Positions 45,760 to 57,715 of a DNA stretch of 64,000 nt are shown piece by piece; the first letter of the stretch is position 1, and each line of letters begins with the position of its first letter. The notes beneath the pieces were generated by a model. The model did no database searches. It was not told the DNA's origin and saw only the letters and a program-made list of their open reading frames with translations. The position numbers and the translations under genes are program-made. Source of the DNA: Lama glama (lineage: Eukaryota); assembly GCA_028534125.1 (NCBI GenBank), contig CM052832.1:15130001-15194000 (forward strand), written 5' to 3'.

Positions 45760-46838
45760 TTTCTTTTTTCTTTTGTAATCGAAGTATAGTTGATTTACAA
45801 TGTTGTGTTACTTTCTGGTGTACAGCGTAGTGATTCAGTTATGCATATATATATAACTTTTCATATTCTTTTTCAGTATAGGTTATTATAAGATATTGAA
45901 TATAGTTCCCTGTGCTATTCAGTAGGACCTTGTTGTTTATCTATTTTATATATAGTAGTTTGTATCTGCAAATCCTGAACTCCTAATTTATCCCCCAACC
46001 CTTCCCCTTCAGTAACTGTAAGTTTGTTTTTTATGTCTGTGAGTCTGTTTCTGTTTTGTAAATAAATTCATTTGTGTAATTTTTTAAAAAGTTTCCACAT
46101 ATAAATGACATCAAATGGTATTTTTCTTTCTCTTTCTGACTTACTTCACTTAGTATGATAATCTCTAGGTCCATCCATGTTGCTGCAAATGGTATTATTT
46201 CATTCTTTTTTATGGCTGTATGGTATTCCATTGTATAAATATACCTCATCTTTATCCAGTCATCTGTTGATGGACACTTAGGTTGCTTCCATGTCTTGGC
46301 TATTGTAAAAAGTGCTGCTATGAACATTGGGGTGCATGTATCTTTTCAAATTAGAGTTTCTTCTGGATATACACCCAGGAGTAGGATTGCTCGATCATAT
46401 GGTAGATCTATTTTTAGTTTTTTAAGGACTCTCCATACTGTTTTTCATATTGGCTGCACTAAACTACATTCTCACCAACAGTGTAGAAGGGTTACCTTTT
46501 CTCCTCATCCTCTCTGGCATTTATTGTTATGGATGTTTTTTGTGATGGCCATTCTGACTGGTGTAAATTGATACCTCATTGTAGTTTTGATTTGCATTTC
46601 TCTGATAATTAGCAATTTGAGCATCTTTTTCATGTGCCTATTGGCCCCCTGTATGTCTTCACTGGAGAAATGTCTGTTTAGGTCTTCCGCCCATTTTTTT
46701 GATTGGGTTATTTGTTTTTGTTATTGAGTTGTATGAGCTGTTTATATATTCTGGAAATTAAGCCCTTGTCACTTGCATTGTTTGCAAATATTTTCTCCCA
46801 TTCTGTAGGTTGTCTTTTTGTTTAGTTTCCTTTGCTTT
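45760..46838 (-). mobile_element. 5'-truncated LINE-1 (ORF2 C-terminus plus 3' UTR) with 13-bp TSD
   Basis: ORF 46031-46327(-) [26 protein letters not shown]...AIKKNEIIPFAATWMDLE is the L1 ORF2p C-terminal region. T-rich tail at left. TSD cttgtgtgttctt (45747-45759) / cttgtgtattctt (46839-46851). Confidence 0.93.
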
Positions 46839-46925
46839 CTTGTGTATTCTTGGACAGGTCACTTAACCTCTTGGGCCTCAGTTTTCTCATCTATAAAATG
46901 GGCATGGGGTATTCCCGTTGCACAG
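46839..46925 (+). mobile_element. MIR SINE core, target of the L1 insertion
   Basis: ttggacaggtcacttaacctcttgggcctcagttttctcatctataaaatggg. Confidence 0.8.
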
Positions 46926-47058
46926 CCAGGGTGCTGAAGCCTTGAGTTGGGGAGTGGGGGGTGTTGGGGGGCTGGGAGGAAGGCTCTGCCCTTGCCAAGT
47001 GGATGTGGGGGATCTGTGCGCGGGTTGGGAGATTTCTGCCGAGTGGGCCATCCTGCAT

Positions 47059-47074
47059 CCTGCAGGGGGCAGTG
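47059..47074 (+). promoter_or_regulatory. Candidate CTCF site
   Basis: CCTGCAGGGGGCAGTG fits CCASYAGRKGGCRSYR except at position 3. Confidence 0.45.
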
Positions 47075-47179
47075 AAGACTCTTTAAGGCTGGGGGGTGGG
47101 GCGGGACTGGTAGCGTTGGAGGTGCAGCCTTGGGGGACGGTGTCCCCGTGGGTCCCACAGGCTCCTCACCCTCAACTTT

Positions 47180-47780
47180 TAGTGGGGCGCCCTGACCCTG
47201 ACTACCCACAGCCTGGGGCGGCATCCAGGCGCAGCATAACCGGCCTGGCTCCTGGACCCGCCCTCCAGCAGAGCAGTGGGGAAAGGAGGGGGCGGGGGGC
47301 CGCGGGGCGGGGGCCCAGGAGGGGCCAATTGCAAGCGATCGATTGCGCCGCCAGCCCTGAAATCCAGCAAATTGCCTGGTGCGCTAAAGCCTGCCATTTC
47401 CCGTGCTCTCCCGCGCCCCTGACAATTATGTAGAGAGGAATCAGCCTTGTTTTCCTTTTTCCTCACAAAGGAAGAAATGAAAAGGTTTCCAAATTGCTTT
47501 CAAAGAGGGGGCTCGGCCCTGTGCTTCCCGTGCCCACGCGGGCGCCTCTCAGAGACTGCCCCCTATGTGGGCCTGGAGCCAGGAGGGGTGTGCGGAGATG
47601 CAGCAGCGCCTGTGGATGGGCAGCGGTCCCAAGACCACCCGAGAGCCTCTGGGGTCATGCTGAATTGCAGATTCCCCCATCGGCCGACCTCCTGGGTTAG
47701 ATGCACTCGTAGATGCTGTCCGGGACCTGTATCTGCGTTTGTCGGCGCCCCCGTCTATCACCCCTCCCCCCTCGCCCCAG
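47180..47780. promoter_or_regulatory. Small CpG-rich island with GC boxes and CCAAT; candidate orphan promoter or enhancer
   Basis: Visibly elevated CpG. GGGGCGGGG at 47289-47297 and 47304-47312, CCAAT at 47325-47329. Non-repetitive. Confidence 0.5.
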
Positions 47781-48289
47781 TTTTTGAGCTTTTTAAAGAT
47801 CACTGTGAGGAGTGTGTTCTGAGGTTTACCTTACAATCTACATTTTAAACTTAAGGTCCTTGGTGGACCATGACAAGTTCAGAGGTGGTTTGGGCAGAGG
47901 AGGGGAGGAATGAGCCAGGTAGGCTGGGGGGCAGCCCTTACCAGTTTGGGGGGAGACCGGGGAAGAGGTTAGAGTATGCCTCCTCACCGCCACTTCCTTT
48001 CTGCAACTCACAAATGCTGGCTGCAGAGAAGCAGAAGGAAGCCTACAGGCAAGGGAATTTAGCATGGACAAAGGCCCTGAGGCAGGAGAGAGCCTGCGTC
48101 TTCAAAGAACTGAGGAAAGGCTAAAGTGCCTGGGGTGCAGATTGAAGGGTTGCTGGTGGGAGATGAAGCTGGCCGGTGGGCTGGAGACCCTGCCTGTGAG
48201 AAGTCTGGCTTTTGTACAAGGCCACTGGGAAGCCAGGAAAGATTTTCAGTAGGAGAATGACACAGTCAAATTAAAACATTAAAAAGAAA

Positions 48290-49420
48290 ATTAGGGCGTA
48301 CTGTTTTACATATTAAATTCCTGTAACCACCACCACAGTTGGGATGCCTTCTACGCAGCCCTTCTGCCTTCTACCCCTGCCCCTTGGCAACCACTGATTC
48401 GTTCTCCATTGCTGTAGTTTTGCCTTTTCCTGAATGTCACATGATTGAAATCTTACCTATATAACCTTTTGAATTTGGCTTCCATCACTTGGCATAATGC
48501 CTTTGAGACTTATCCAAGTTGTTGAATCAGTAGTCTTTTTCTTGCTGAGTAGTATTCTATTGACTAAATATGTTGTTTTAATTCTAGTGTTTGGAAATTT
48601 ACCAGTTACCTTTTTCATTATTAACTTTCAATTTAATTCCATTATGGTCAGAGAACATACTTTCTATAACTTCAATTTTTAAAATTTGTTAAGATTTGCT
48701 TCATGACCCTGGATATGGTCTACCTCAGTGAATGTTCTATGAGCACTTGGAAAGAATGTGCATTCTGTTGTCAGTGTGTTCTATAGATGTTAATTAGATC
48801 CAGTCTGTTGAGGATGTGGTTCAGTTCTATATCCTTACTGATCTGTCTACTTTTTCTATCAATTGCTGAAAGAAGTGTTGAAATCTCCAACTATGATTGT
48901 AGATCTTGTCTATTTCTCTGTTCATTTCTGTCAGTTTTTGCTTTGTGCATTTTGAAGTTCTCTTGCTAGGGGCATACACTTTTAGGGGTGTTATCTTCCT
49001 ATCGAATTCATTCTTTTATCATTATAAAATATCCCTCTTTATCCCTGGAAATTTTCCTTACTCTGAAACCTACCTTGTCTGATATTAAAATAGCCACTCT
49101 AGCTTTCTTTTGATTACTGTTTGCAAGATACATCTTTTCCCAACCTTTTAACTATGTTGTAAAGTGGATTTCTTTATAGGCAACATGTGATTGTGTCTTG
49201 ATAGCTTGTTATTCATTCCAATAATCTCTGGTTTTTAATTGATATGTTCAGAGTATTTATATTTACTGTGATTATTGGCATGCTTGGATTAGAGCTTCCA
49301 TGTTATGATTGGATTTCCATAACCTCTGTTATCAGTTCCCCTGTTTCCCCCTTTCTGCTTTCTTTTGGGTTGACTATTTTTCTGTGTTTTATTTTAATTA
49401 ATCAATTTTTGTTTTACCTT
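48290..49420 (-). mobile_element. Old LINE-1 fragments (3' end plus ORF2 5' region)
   Basis: ccttggcaaccactgat...tttgccttttcctgaatgtca, aattccattatggtcagagaacatac, ttggaaagaatgtgcattctg and tctgatattaaaatagccactctagctttc. Confidence 0.85.
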
Positions 49421-50469
49421 AGTAAGGCTGAATAGATTCTACACTATTTTCCTTCTTGAGACAATACAGACTGCCTCCTAACTCTGTCAAAGAATCGATC
49501 TAGAGTCTCATTTTTTAGACCTCTCAGAGAAGCATAAGCTACCACTTGAAAACACACTATTTTATTTTACTGTCTGCATGCCTTTGAGGAACTGGTTCCA
49601 CCTGGATTTCCCTGAACTGGGAGGAAGGTGCTCTACTTAAAAGCTATGTGAACTTCCTCCAGACTTTGGCATCCCATTTTGAGGATATTGACATCTGTAC
49701 ATCTTGAAGATTTTCCACAGGGACCTTTGCCCTGGAAATTACAGATCTGATGTCTGCTCTGTCCTTGGATTTCTGGGGACCTACAAATATTTCTTAGTCT
49801 ATTTCCCTTCTTGCAGAATCATACTAAGTTGACTGCATTTTCTCTAGTCCAACGATGATAAATCTTTTCCCCTCAGAGCTATGAAGTTAGGAACTTTTTC
49901 ATTTTTATAGAAGTACAGTAAAAACTAGTATATTCAGCGTTCTCTCAACAGAAACACCATTAGCCAGCACTTCTTCAATCTATCACACTCTAAGTTAATT
50001 GAATCAGAGCCAAAGAGCCCTTGGAGACAGATCATTTAGTCTAGCTCCTCATTTTATAGACGAGGAAACTGTGGCAGGGAGAAGTGAAGTGATTTGCCCC
50101 AATCTGACAACACGGTACGCGTGAGACTGGACTAACATCCGTGTCCCTGGCACTCAGCCCTGTGTGTTTCCCAGATCCTAGGTTAATGTTTATGTGCCCC
50201 TAAGATGTTTTGTGGTGGAGACTCTAAAGCATTATAAGGTTTCAAAATGCTGAATTCAGTCTTAGTGCTGCTTACATTGTGATATTATAATCCTTGCAAA
50301 TAGTGATGCCAAGTGTGATGTGTATTCCAAAGGATAACTTGGCTAATCAGAATATTTGGTTAAATGAAACATTTCGTTTTCTTGGCATGCTTGGTACACA
50401 GCAGGCTTTCCATATAATATTAACTGATTTAAGTTGATGCCAGTAACTGAATTTTCTGTACTTTAAATT

Positions 50470-50775
50470 TTTTAATATTTATTTTTATTTTATTTATTTA
50501 TTTATTTTCTGAAAAAGAAGATGTTTTTCTATTTATTATTTTTAAAACCTGAGATATAATTGACATACAACATCATATTAGTTTCAGGTCTACAACATAC
50601 TTATTTGATATTTGCATATATTGCAAAATGATCACCTACAGTAAGTCTAGTTATCATCCATTTCTACACAGTTACACATTTTTTTTCTTGTGATGAGAAC
50701 TTTTAAGATCTACTTTCTTAGCAGCTTTCAAATATACAATATTTTGAGCTATAATCACCACGCTGTTCATTACGT
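50470..50775 (-). mobile_element. LINE-1 3'-end fragment (laurasiatherian type)
   Basis: T-rich tail, then gatataattgacatacaacat...tttcagg...gtgatgagaacttttaagatctac...tttcaaatatacaata. Confidence 0.8.
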
Positions 50776-50900
50776 ATACTTTTTTAAAGCAGTGAATTTG
50801 GTGATTACAATATACATAACTTCACAGTCTACTTAGCAAAATTTGTTTTGAGCAAGGTCATCAGGCCACAGTGTAGGGATGCAGGGAAATTAGTTAGGAA

Positions 50901-51160
50901 TAGGATGGCCAGTTTTTGCAAATAAAAATGCAAGATAATCCTTGAAATAGTTTAAGGATTTCATGAAATTTTAACTAGAAAAGGACACTAAAAAATACAG
51001 GATGTCGAATTACACTTGAATTTCAAATAAAAACAATGAATAATTGTTTAGTAAAAGTATGTCTCATACAATATTTGGGATATACTTATATTTTAAAAAA
51101 TCATTGTTTATCTGAAATTCAAATTTAATTGGGCATTTTGTATTTGATCCAGGAATTCTA
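50901..51160. mobile_element. MER53 palindromic hAT-derived element
   Basis: taggatggccag...gcaaataaaaat, with arms ttgaatttcaaataa..aacaatga..aagtatgtctca / tgggatatactt..tcattgttta tctgaaattcaa that are mutual reverse complements. Confidence 0.85.
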
Positions 51161-51224
51161 GTTACAATACTATTTCGAGTGCCCAGGACTTGCTTGGTGG
51201 TGATGCGATAGGTACAAGTAGACT

Positions 51225-51920
51225 GATTCCAAAAAGATTTAAGAGGAAAAATCCAGAGGACTTGTGATAGATTGGACATGGTAGTTAAGGAGAAAGGAGT
51301 CAAGGATGACCCCATGGTGGTTTGTGACCTGTGCCCTCATTGGATAGAGACTGGTACCCTCCCTGGGATGGGGAACCCAGGAGGAGGAGTGGGGTGAGAC
51401 TGTGGTGGGATGTTTGGATGCCCTGATTTGGTGTATCTTTGACACATCCAAGTGGAGGTGAAGGGCAGATGGTTGGATATCTGGGTGTTTTTGCTTGGGG
51501 GAGAGGTCTGGGTTGGACATACACAAGTGCAGATGTCTGGGGGTTCTGGAAGACCCCCAGAAAGAGAGCACATCATGTGGGGATAAGAAGACCCAGGGCC
51601 CTGCCTGAGGAGCCCCTGCATGGGGAGGAGGAGGACCTGGCTGGGGAGTCCAGGAAGAGGCATTAGGAGAGGGAGGAGGGAAACCAGCAGAGAGTGAGTC
51701 TCAAGGTGTAGGGAGTGGGCAGTGCTGCCAAATACACCGAAGAGGTTGAGTGAGATAAGTCCTGGAGTCCAGAAGGGAAGTGGGATTGAAGGATGATTAA
51801 TTTTTCCTTCTGCTGGGAGACTTTTGAGCCTGTTTAAGTGTAAATGGTCCAGAAGAGAGGGAATATGTGAACATGCTGGAAAGAGCAGTGGCTGGACCGT
51901 GGAGGATTCACTGAAAGGTG
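51225..51920 (-). mobile_element. L2 LINE fragment
   Basis: ggagtcaaggatgacccc, gacacatccaagtggaggtg...ggttggatat and gagaggtctggg, antisense L2 pattern. Confidence 0.7.
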
Positions 51921-52004
51921 AGAGAAATGTACACTTGGGGGCTGGGGGAACACATGTGACCCTGATGGGGAGGAGGGGCCCCTCCCCCACTGAATAACAA
52001 CAGG

Positions 52005-52500
52005 ACTGGCTTAATTTGGGTTCCCTGAAAGCAGAACCTGAGACAAGACTCGATGCAAGTTAAACTCCAAGTTTAACTTGGAGACGAGTTTATTTGGGAG
52101 GCAATCTTAGGAAATACTAATGAGGAAGTAGAGGGAATGAGAGAAGGAAAGAGGACAAGCTCACTTGGGGCCAGTATCATTGAGCCAGTACTGAGCCACA
52201 CTGGAGGTGAGTCCTGCAGCAACCCTCTGAGGAGCCCGCACAGTGCAGCTCAGCACTGTCCGTCAGAAGGACACTTATCCGCCTGCTCCCATCTTCCATG
52301 ACGAGGTTGCTCCTGGGATATTGACCCCCAGCCCTTCGGTCTGCTGGGCTGCAGGCTGCAGGAGTCTCACCCGCCCCACCCCCAGCACAGAGGGTGGATG
52401 GGCCCCCGGGTGGGATGCTTCAGTTTGGAGAACTGTGAGCACAGCTGCAGCTGAAATCCCAGGAGGGTGGAGGAGATGTGGAGGGGGACACTCAAATCAT
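52005..52500. mobile_element. ERVL-class LTR (LTR33-like)
   Basis: tttgggttccctgaaagcagaacctgagacaag...tgcaagt...tttatttgggagg...aggaaa pattern. Confidence 0.55.
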
Positions 52501-53239
52501 TAGTACAGGGATGGGGTGAGTAGAGAGCAGGAAGGGAGTGAGGGGTCCCTGGGGAGTTCCCCTCTATTGGCTTCTCTGATCTGGGGGTAGGAGGAAGGAG
52601 GTGGTGGAAAGATGAAAGGGCAGAGGGCAGAGGGCATGGAAGGATGGACCTGTTCATTGTAGGTGTAGGAGAGGCCAGAGTAGGTGGCTTTGGGCCTGAC
52701 AAGGCTGGGCGGGGCTTCTACTGCAGTCTGTATGGGCCCCCAAGGTCTGACCCTCGTTCCTCCCTGACGTGACCTCCTTCCACTCGCCCCCTCACTCACC
52801 CCGTTGTGGCCTCACTCACTGTCCCTGGGCCCTGCTAAGCATTCCTGCATTTGCCCTCCCTGTTCTTTCTATTTAAAACTTTCTGGCCTCTGCTCAATTG
52901 TCCCCTTATCAGAGAGGCCCTCCTGAGGACCCCATCCAAGGCAGCAGTGGCATCTCTGTCTCCCCCTCGACCTATTTTGTAGCATTTCTCCATATTGGAT
53001 ACGATCACTTGTACTTACTAGTTCACATGCTTGTCAGCCCCTCCTGCCCATCTCACTCCCTGAGGCCGGGGTCTGTGTCTGGTTGGGTCCCAGCTGAATG
53101 GCAGGTGCCTGCTCAGCACCCGCCACAGAGGAAGTACCCAACACATGCTGCTGAGCGAATGAGCCAGAAGGCTGAGGCCCAGATGGGGGAAGTGACTTTG
53201 TCCCCAGGGTCAGCTCACCCCTGTACTGGATGCTGAGAA

Positions 53240-53760
53240 GACCAGGAGATAGACAAGTGGACAATCAGAGCCATGCTCTGAGAGAGGCCCTTAGGGCTGT
53301 GGGCATGTGGGGAGGCTTCCTGGAGGAGGTGGCATCTGAGTTCTGAAGGTGACAGAGTTAACTGGATCAAGAATGGGGAGAGAGCTTTCTACTAGCTGAA
53401 GTAATGTGCATAGAAACACAGAGCATGAAACAGGCTCTTTCTGGGAATTAAAAGAAATGGTGGTAGGTAGGAAATAGGGGGGCAGAGAAGGCATGACTTG
53501 GTATGAGTTTTATACCCATAGGCAGGGGCTGGATCAAGAAGTGCTTTGTGCTTTGGGCCACAGAAGCTTGGAATTTATAACTTAAGCTGCAGGGAGCCCC
53601 TGAAGTGTTATAAGCAGGTGAGGGTCATGATCAGATTTGTGATTTAGAAAGATCTTGGTGGCTGCCCTGCAGAGGAGGGAGAGGGTTAGGAGCTATTACA
53701 GTCAGTCATCCAGGCCAAGACGGGAATCTGAACCCAGGAGGTGGCAGTGGAAAGAGGTGC
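53240..53760 (-). mobile_element. L2 LINE fragment
   Basis: ggaggcttcctggaggaggtggcatctgag, gggagcccctgaagtgttataagcagg...catgatcagatttgtg...agaaagatc. Confidence 0.7.
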
Positions 53761-54844
53761 TTAGTAGCCTGCAGGGCGGTGAGCAGGGGGAGGTGTGCAG
53801 GTGTTCACATCTGAGGGCCGCATCTGCTCAGCCAGGGGAGGGATGTACCTGTGTTTGGTTCTGCAGTGGCAAGAACAGGAAACCCCGACCAGGCAGCCTT
53901 GGTGAAGAGCAGGGCTGGCCACACGATTCTCGGGGCCCAGTGGGGCCACAGCAGAGCAATAAACCAAGTGTGGGGCTCTGTATGACTGTGCCGAGCACAC
54001 ACTCGTGAAGTAGTCTAGGGACGGGGAGAGATTTGGCTCACAGGATCCAGCACAAGAATCAAAGTCCAGGAGCTCAGGGGTTCTACTTGGCCCCCAGACA
54101 GCTGGCCTCAAGAAACAGAAATGCTCGCAGGACCCTCAGGCACGACCAACACTGCAGTTTTTACTGAGGAGAAAGGTATGGAACTTCACAGCAGAAATAG
54201 GGAAGAGCATGTCTGGTTAACAAAACGGGTCTTAGACGGCTCCTAGAGGAGAATGAATGAGACGCACAGAGCCTGGTCTCATGCCGCCCCAGGTACCTGA
54301 AAGGACACCCTTCTCGACAGCCAGTTCATGCTCAAGTCTCCTCGGCAGCAGAGTTTGAGCTGAGGCTGTACTGAAGATGGGTGGGTGTCCCCTGTTAACC
54401 AGACCATGCAGACTTCCCCACCACCCAGCCGGCATGCCAGAGGCAGCATGGCACCATCTTCCCAGAGGCTCCAGATCCTTCCAAGTTATTACATTCACCC
54501 CAGCCCAGATATGGGCTCCTCCATGCCAGCTTTTTAGCCCCTGCCTTCTCCCAAAGGAGCTCACCCCTCACCATCCGAGTGTCAGAAAAGCCAGCTCAAT
54601 GGGGCTGAGCCAATAGGAGTTTTTATTATTTCTACTTTTTAACACAAGTATTTCCAGGCATATGTGCAGGCATATTTTTAAGAGGTTTAAAAATAATGAC
54701 TCAATAAAAAATGTTAAAAAAAATAATGACTCACTTTGATCCTTATAACAATCCTATGAGATAGGTATTATTATTATTATTATTATTTTATTATTGCAAA
54801 TGAGGAGGCTGAAATAGCTTGCTTAAGGTCACAAACTCACTGAA

Positions 54845-55250
54845 CAAAATGTCTGGAAGTTGGGTAGATACAGAGTAGGTACAGTGGCTCAATACATTAT
54901 CCTGGACCTCATTTCTGCTCATTATTCTACTCAGCTATTCTCAAGGATGTCAGCCAGATTTCCCCTCATGGTCACAAGGTGGCTGCCACATCATATACTC
55001 ACACCATAGTATCCAAAAGCAGGAAAGGAAGGCTCTTCTCCTAGCATATGGCTCTTTTTTTTTTTTATCAGGGAGTAAAGTCTTTCCCAGTTTCTGAAAA
55101 CTTCTTGCTATGACTTATTGGCCAAAATTGGGTCACACATCCACATTTAAACAAATCACTGGCAAAAGGCAGCAATGGACTTGCCATGATTGGCTTTGGC
55201 AATTGTGGGTGGCCCTGGAGAAGGAGCCTTCCCTCCCTGAGCCCCTCCCT
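54845..55250. mobile_element. MaLR LTR (MLT1K/L-like)
   Basis: cctcatggtcacaaggtggctgcc, ttattggccaaaattgggtcac and aaacaaatcactggcaa...ccatgattggctt. Confidence 0.65.
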
Positions 55251-56109
55251 GGGAAGACGAGGGCCATGTCTGTTGGGTGGGTGTCTGTCATAGTTCGGCT
55301 TCTCAAGCGTCAAACCCTGTTGTTTCCAACATTTTTGAAACCATCAGGGGAACTCAAACAAGTATTTAACAGAGTCAAAAATGGCTTCTTCCCAGGCATG
55401 AACGACTATGGCCTATCTGGGGGAAATTAAACCAGAGTGGTTGGCTGTAGCAGAAGATTTTTCAGTGAGGAAAGAGCAGAGCAAATGGTTGGGAAGGGAG
55501 GCTGTGGAAGATCGGGGAGAGCTCTGCCTGGGAGCACAGGGAGTCTGGAACTTTGCTTTGGGCAATGGGGAGCCCATGAGTGATTCTGAATACAGGAGGG
55601 TGAGGTGTGGTGGGTTTGACTTGCTGGAGGACGCCTTGGAGAGGGAACTGGGCGTGGTAGTCCGCAGTCTGAGCAGCAGGAATGGAGGGGAAGGAGCCTC
55701 GGTGCCTCTCCAGTCTCCCCTTGTCCTGGTCTACAGTTGTGCTTCCTGTTCCCACCTCTTCCCACTTCTTCCCCTCCAGACATCTGGAAAGAGTTCTCCA
55801 TCTACACTTCCTTGACTCCTCAATCCCTCACAATGTGTACCAACCCACTTTGTACCAACAGTGATCTCAGGAATTCCACCAAGGAGCTCAATATTTAAGG
55901 GAGCCCTTAAGGCAAGCGGGATAAAGTTCCATTTCTGCTGTGTGTGCCAGAAGGACGCTGTGGGCTGCTAGCAGCCTTCTAATAGGATGGGAAGGTCTGT
56001 CCCAGTGCACGTGATCCCCAGGAACATATGACACTATCTTGCCCCATCTAACCCTGTGGTGGCTCTCCATGACACTGCTGCTGTAACTATGAGGGATGCT
56101 GCTGCCCCT

Positions 56110-56640
56110 GTAGCCTCCTGCTTCTCAGACATCTCCTTGCATTGCTTTTCATCCATCCACTCTTAAATATCAGAGTTCCCCAGAGTTCACTCTGGGACCC
56201 TCTTCTCCTCTCAGTCCACATCCTCTAATCCACTTTCCCCATGGCTGGAATTCCCACCTCTGGGCTAGCATCTCCCAGTCTTCCTCCTGTGCACCAGACC
56301 CCAGTCTTCACCTGCCTATGGATGCCTCCACATGGATATCCTCCAAGTCCTCAGACCAACGGACCAACTTGGAATCATCCCCTCTCTCCTTGTTCCTACT
56401 CTTCCCCTTCTTTCCTGTCTTCACCAGTGGCTTGTTTCTTCTACCAGCCACACAAGCCAGGAGATTTGGGGTCATTTTCTAATTCCTTCTCCATCTACAC
56501 CCAAATAGATTGATGAGCCTAGTGGACTCCTCAGAATTGTCTTTCAAATCTATTCTCAGATCCGCAGCTTGCAGCCACTGCCCTGGTTCAAATCTTTATC
56601 CATCTATTGCCTAGATCACTCCTGAAGCCTCCAAGATGGT
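56110..56640 (+). mobile_element. L2 LINE fragment
   Basis: cactcttaaatatcagagttccccag...cttctcctctcagtccaca and cacctgcctatggatgcctccacatggatatc. Confidence 0.6.
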
Positions 56641-57715
56641 CTCTATATTTCAAGCCATCCAGGTGTTGATCCAGTCCTTAGCAGGGCCTGCAAGAATAAT
56701 GCCCACACCACACCACAGAACTGGCCTGCCAGGGAGCTGCTACCTCTGCTCCATCATGAAGTGGGGGGATCCCAAGGCCACCATTAGAGCCGTTAGTTTA
56801 AGAACACATCCTGAATCCTGGGGCAGGGACCTGGGGTCAGGAAGCCAGGATGAGGACACCACTGTCTCCATGCAGTGGTCTCTCCAGGAAGCTGGAGACT
56901 GGACGCTGCAGCAGTGCTGCAGAACTACTCAGTGTCTCCTCTCCCTGCTTGCCAGGGAAGACAGACAAGACATATGTCACCATGTTTTCCAGACCATAGG
57001 TGACTGCTGCTGTCTGGCAGAACCTAATTCATATTCTAAAACTCAGCTGCAAGGGAGTCAGGAAATATAGTGTGAGCTTGCCAGATCCTGTCGTACTTGG
57101 TCGACACGCCTGACTGGATTTAGGTAGGATGCTGAGGGCCATTCCACTGCTCTGTTCCGATCCACCCTCCCTTTTGCACCCGGGGTCCACCTTCCTCACC
57201 TGAGGAACATTTTGACATGATAATGTCACTTCACTGTGCTAGCCTAGCCCCTCCAGAGGCTCCCATTGCTCCCCAGAGAAAGTCTGACTCTCTGTCCTCA
57301 TGATGTGACCACCTCTACCCAGGGGTCTGGAGGTAACCACGTGGCATCCTTACCATGCCCCTGCGAAGCCAGGACCTGGAGTCCCCTCTCCACCTGATCA
57401 ATGACCACCATTCCTTGAGACTCAGCCCCATGCCCTCTCCTGTTCCTCCAGCCTGTCCAACAGCATCTGAAATGCACCACAGGTGTGGCACCTTCTGAAT
57501 GATGGTAGGTGGGTGCTATGTCTCTCTCTACCACCCTCCTTTGTGGGGTCCTCCCACATGGGGAATGTGTCTAATTAGTTGTCATATTCACTGAACTAGT
57601 GTGGACACACATAGTAATTATAGCAATCACTTATAGGGATATTTACCATGTGCCAAGTGCTAGGGCTTTTACATCTATTAACTCATTTGATCTTCCTGAC
57701 ACCCCTCTGAGGGCA

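Noticed and set aside
46031..46571. Protein-coding gene
   Set aside because: Truncated L1 ORF2 remnant and its antisense frame.
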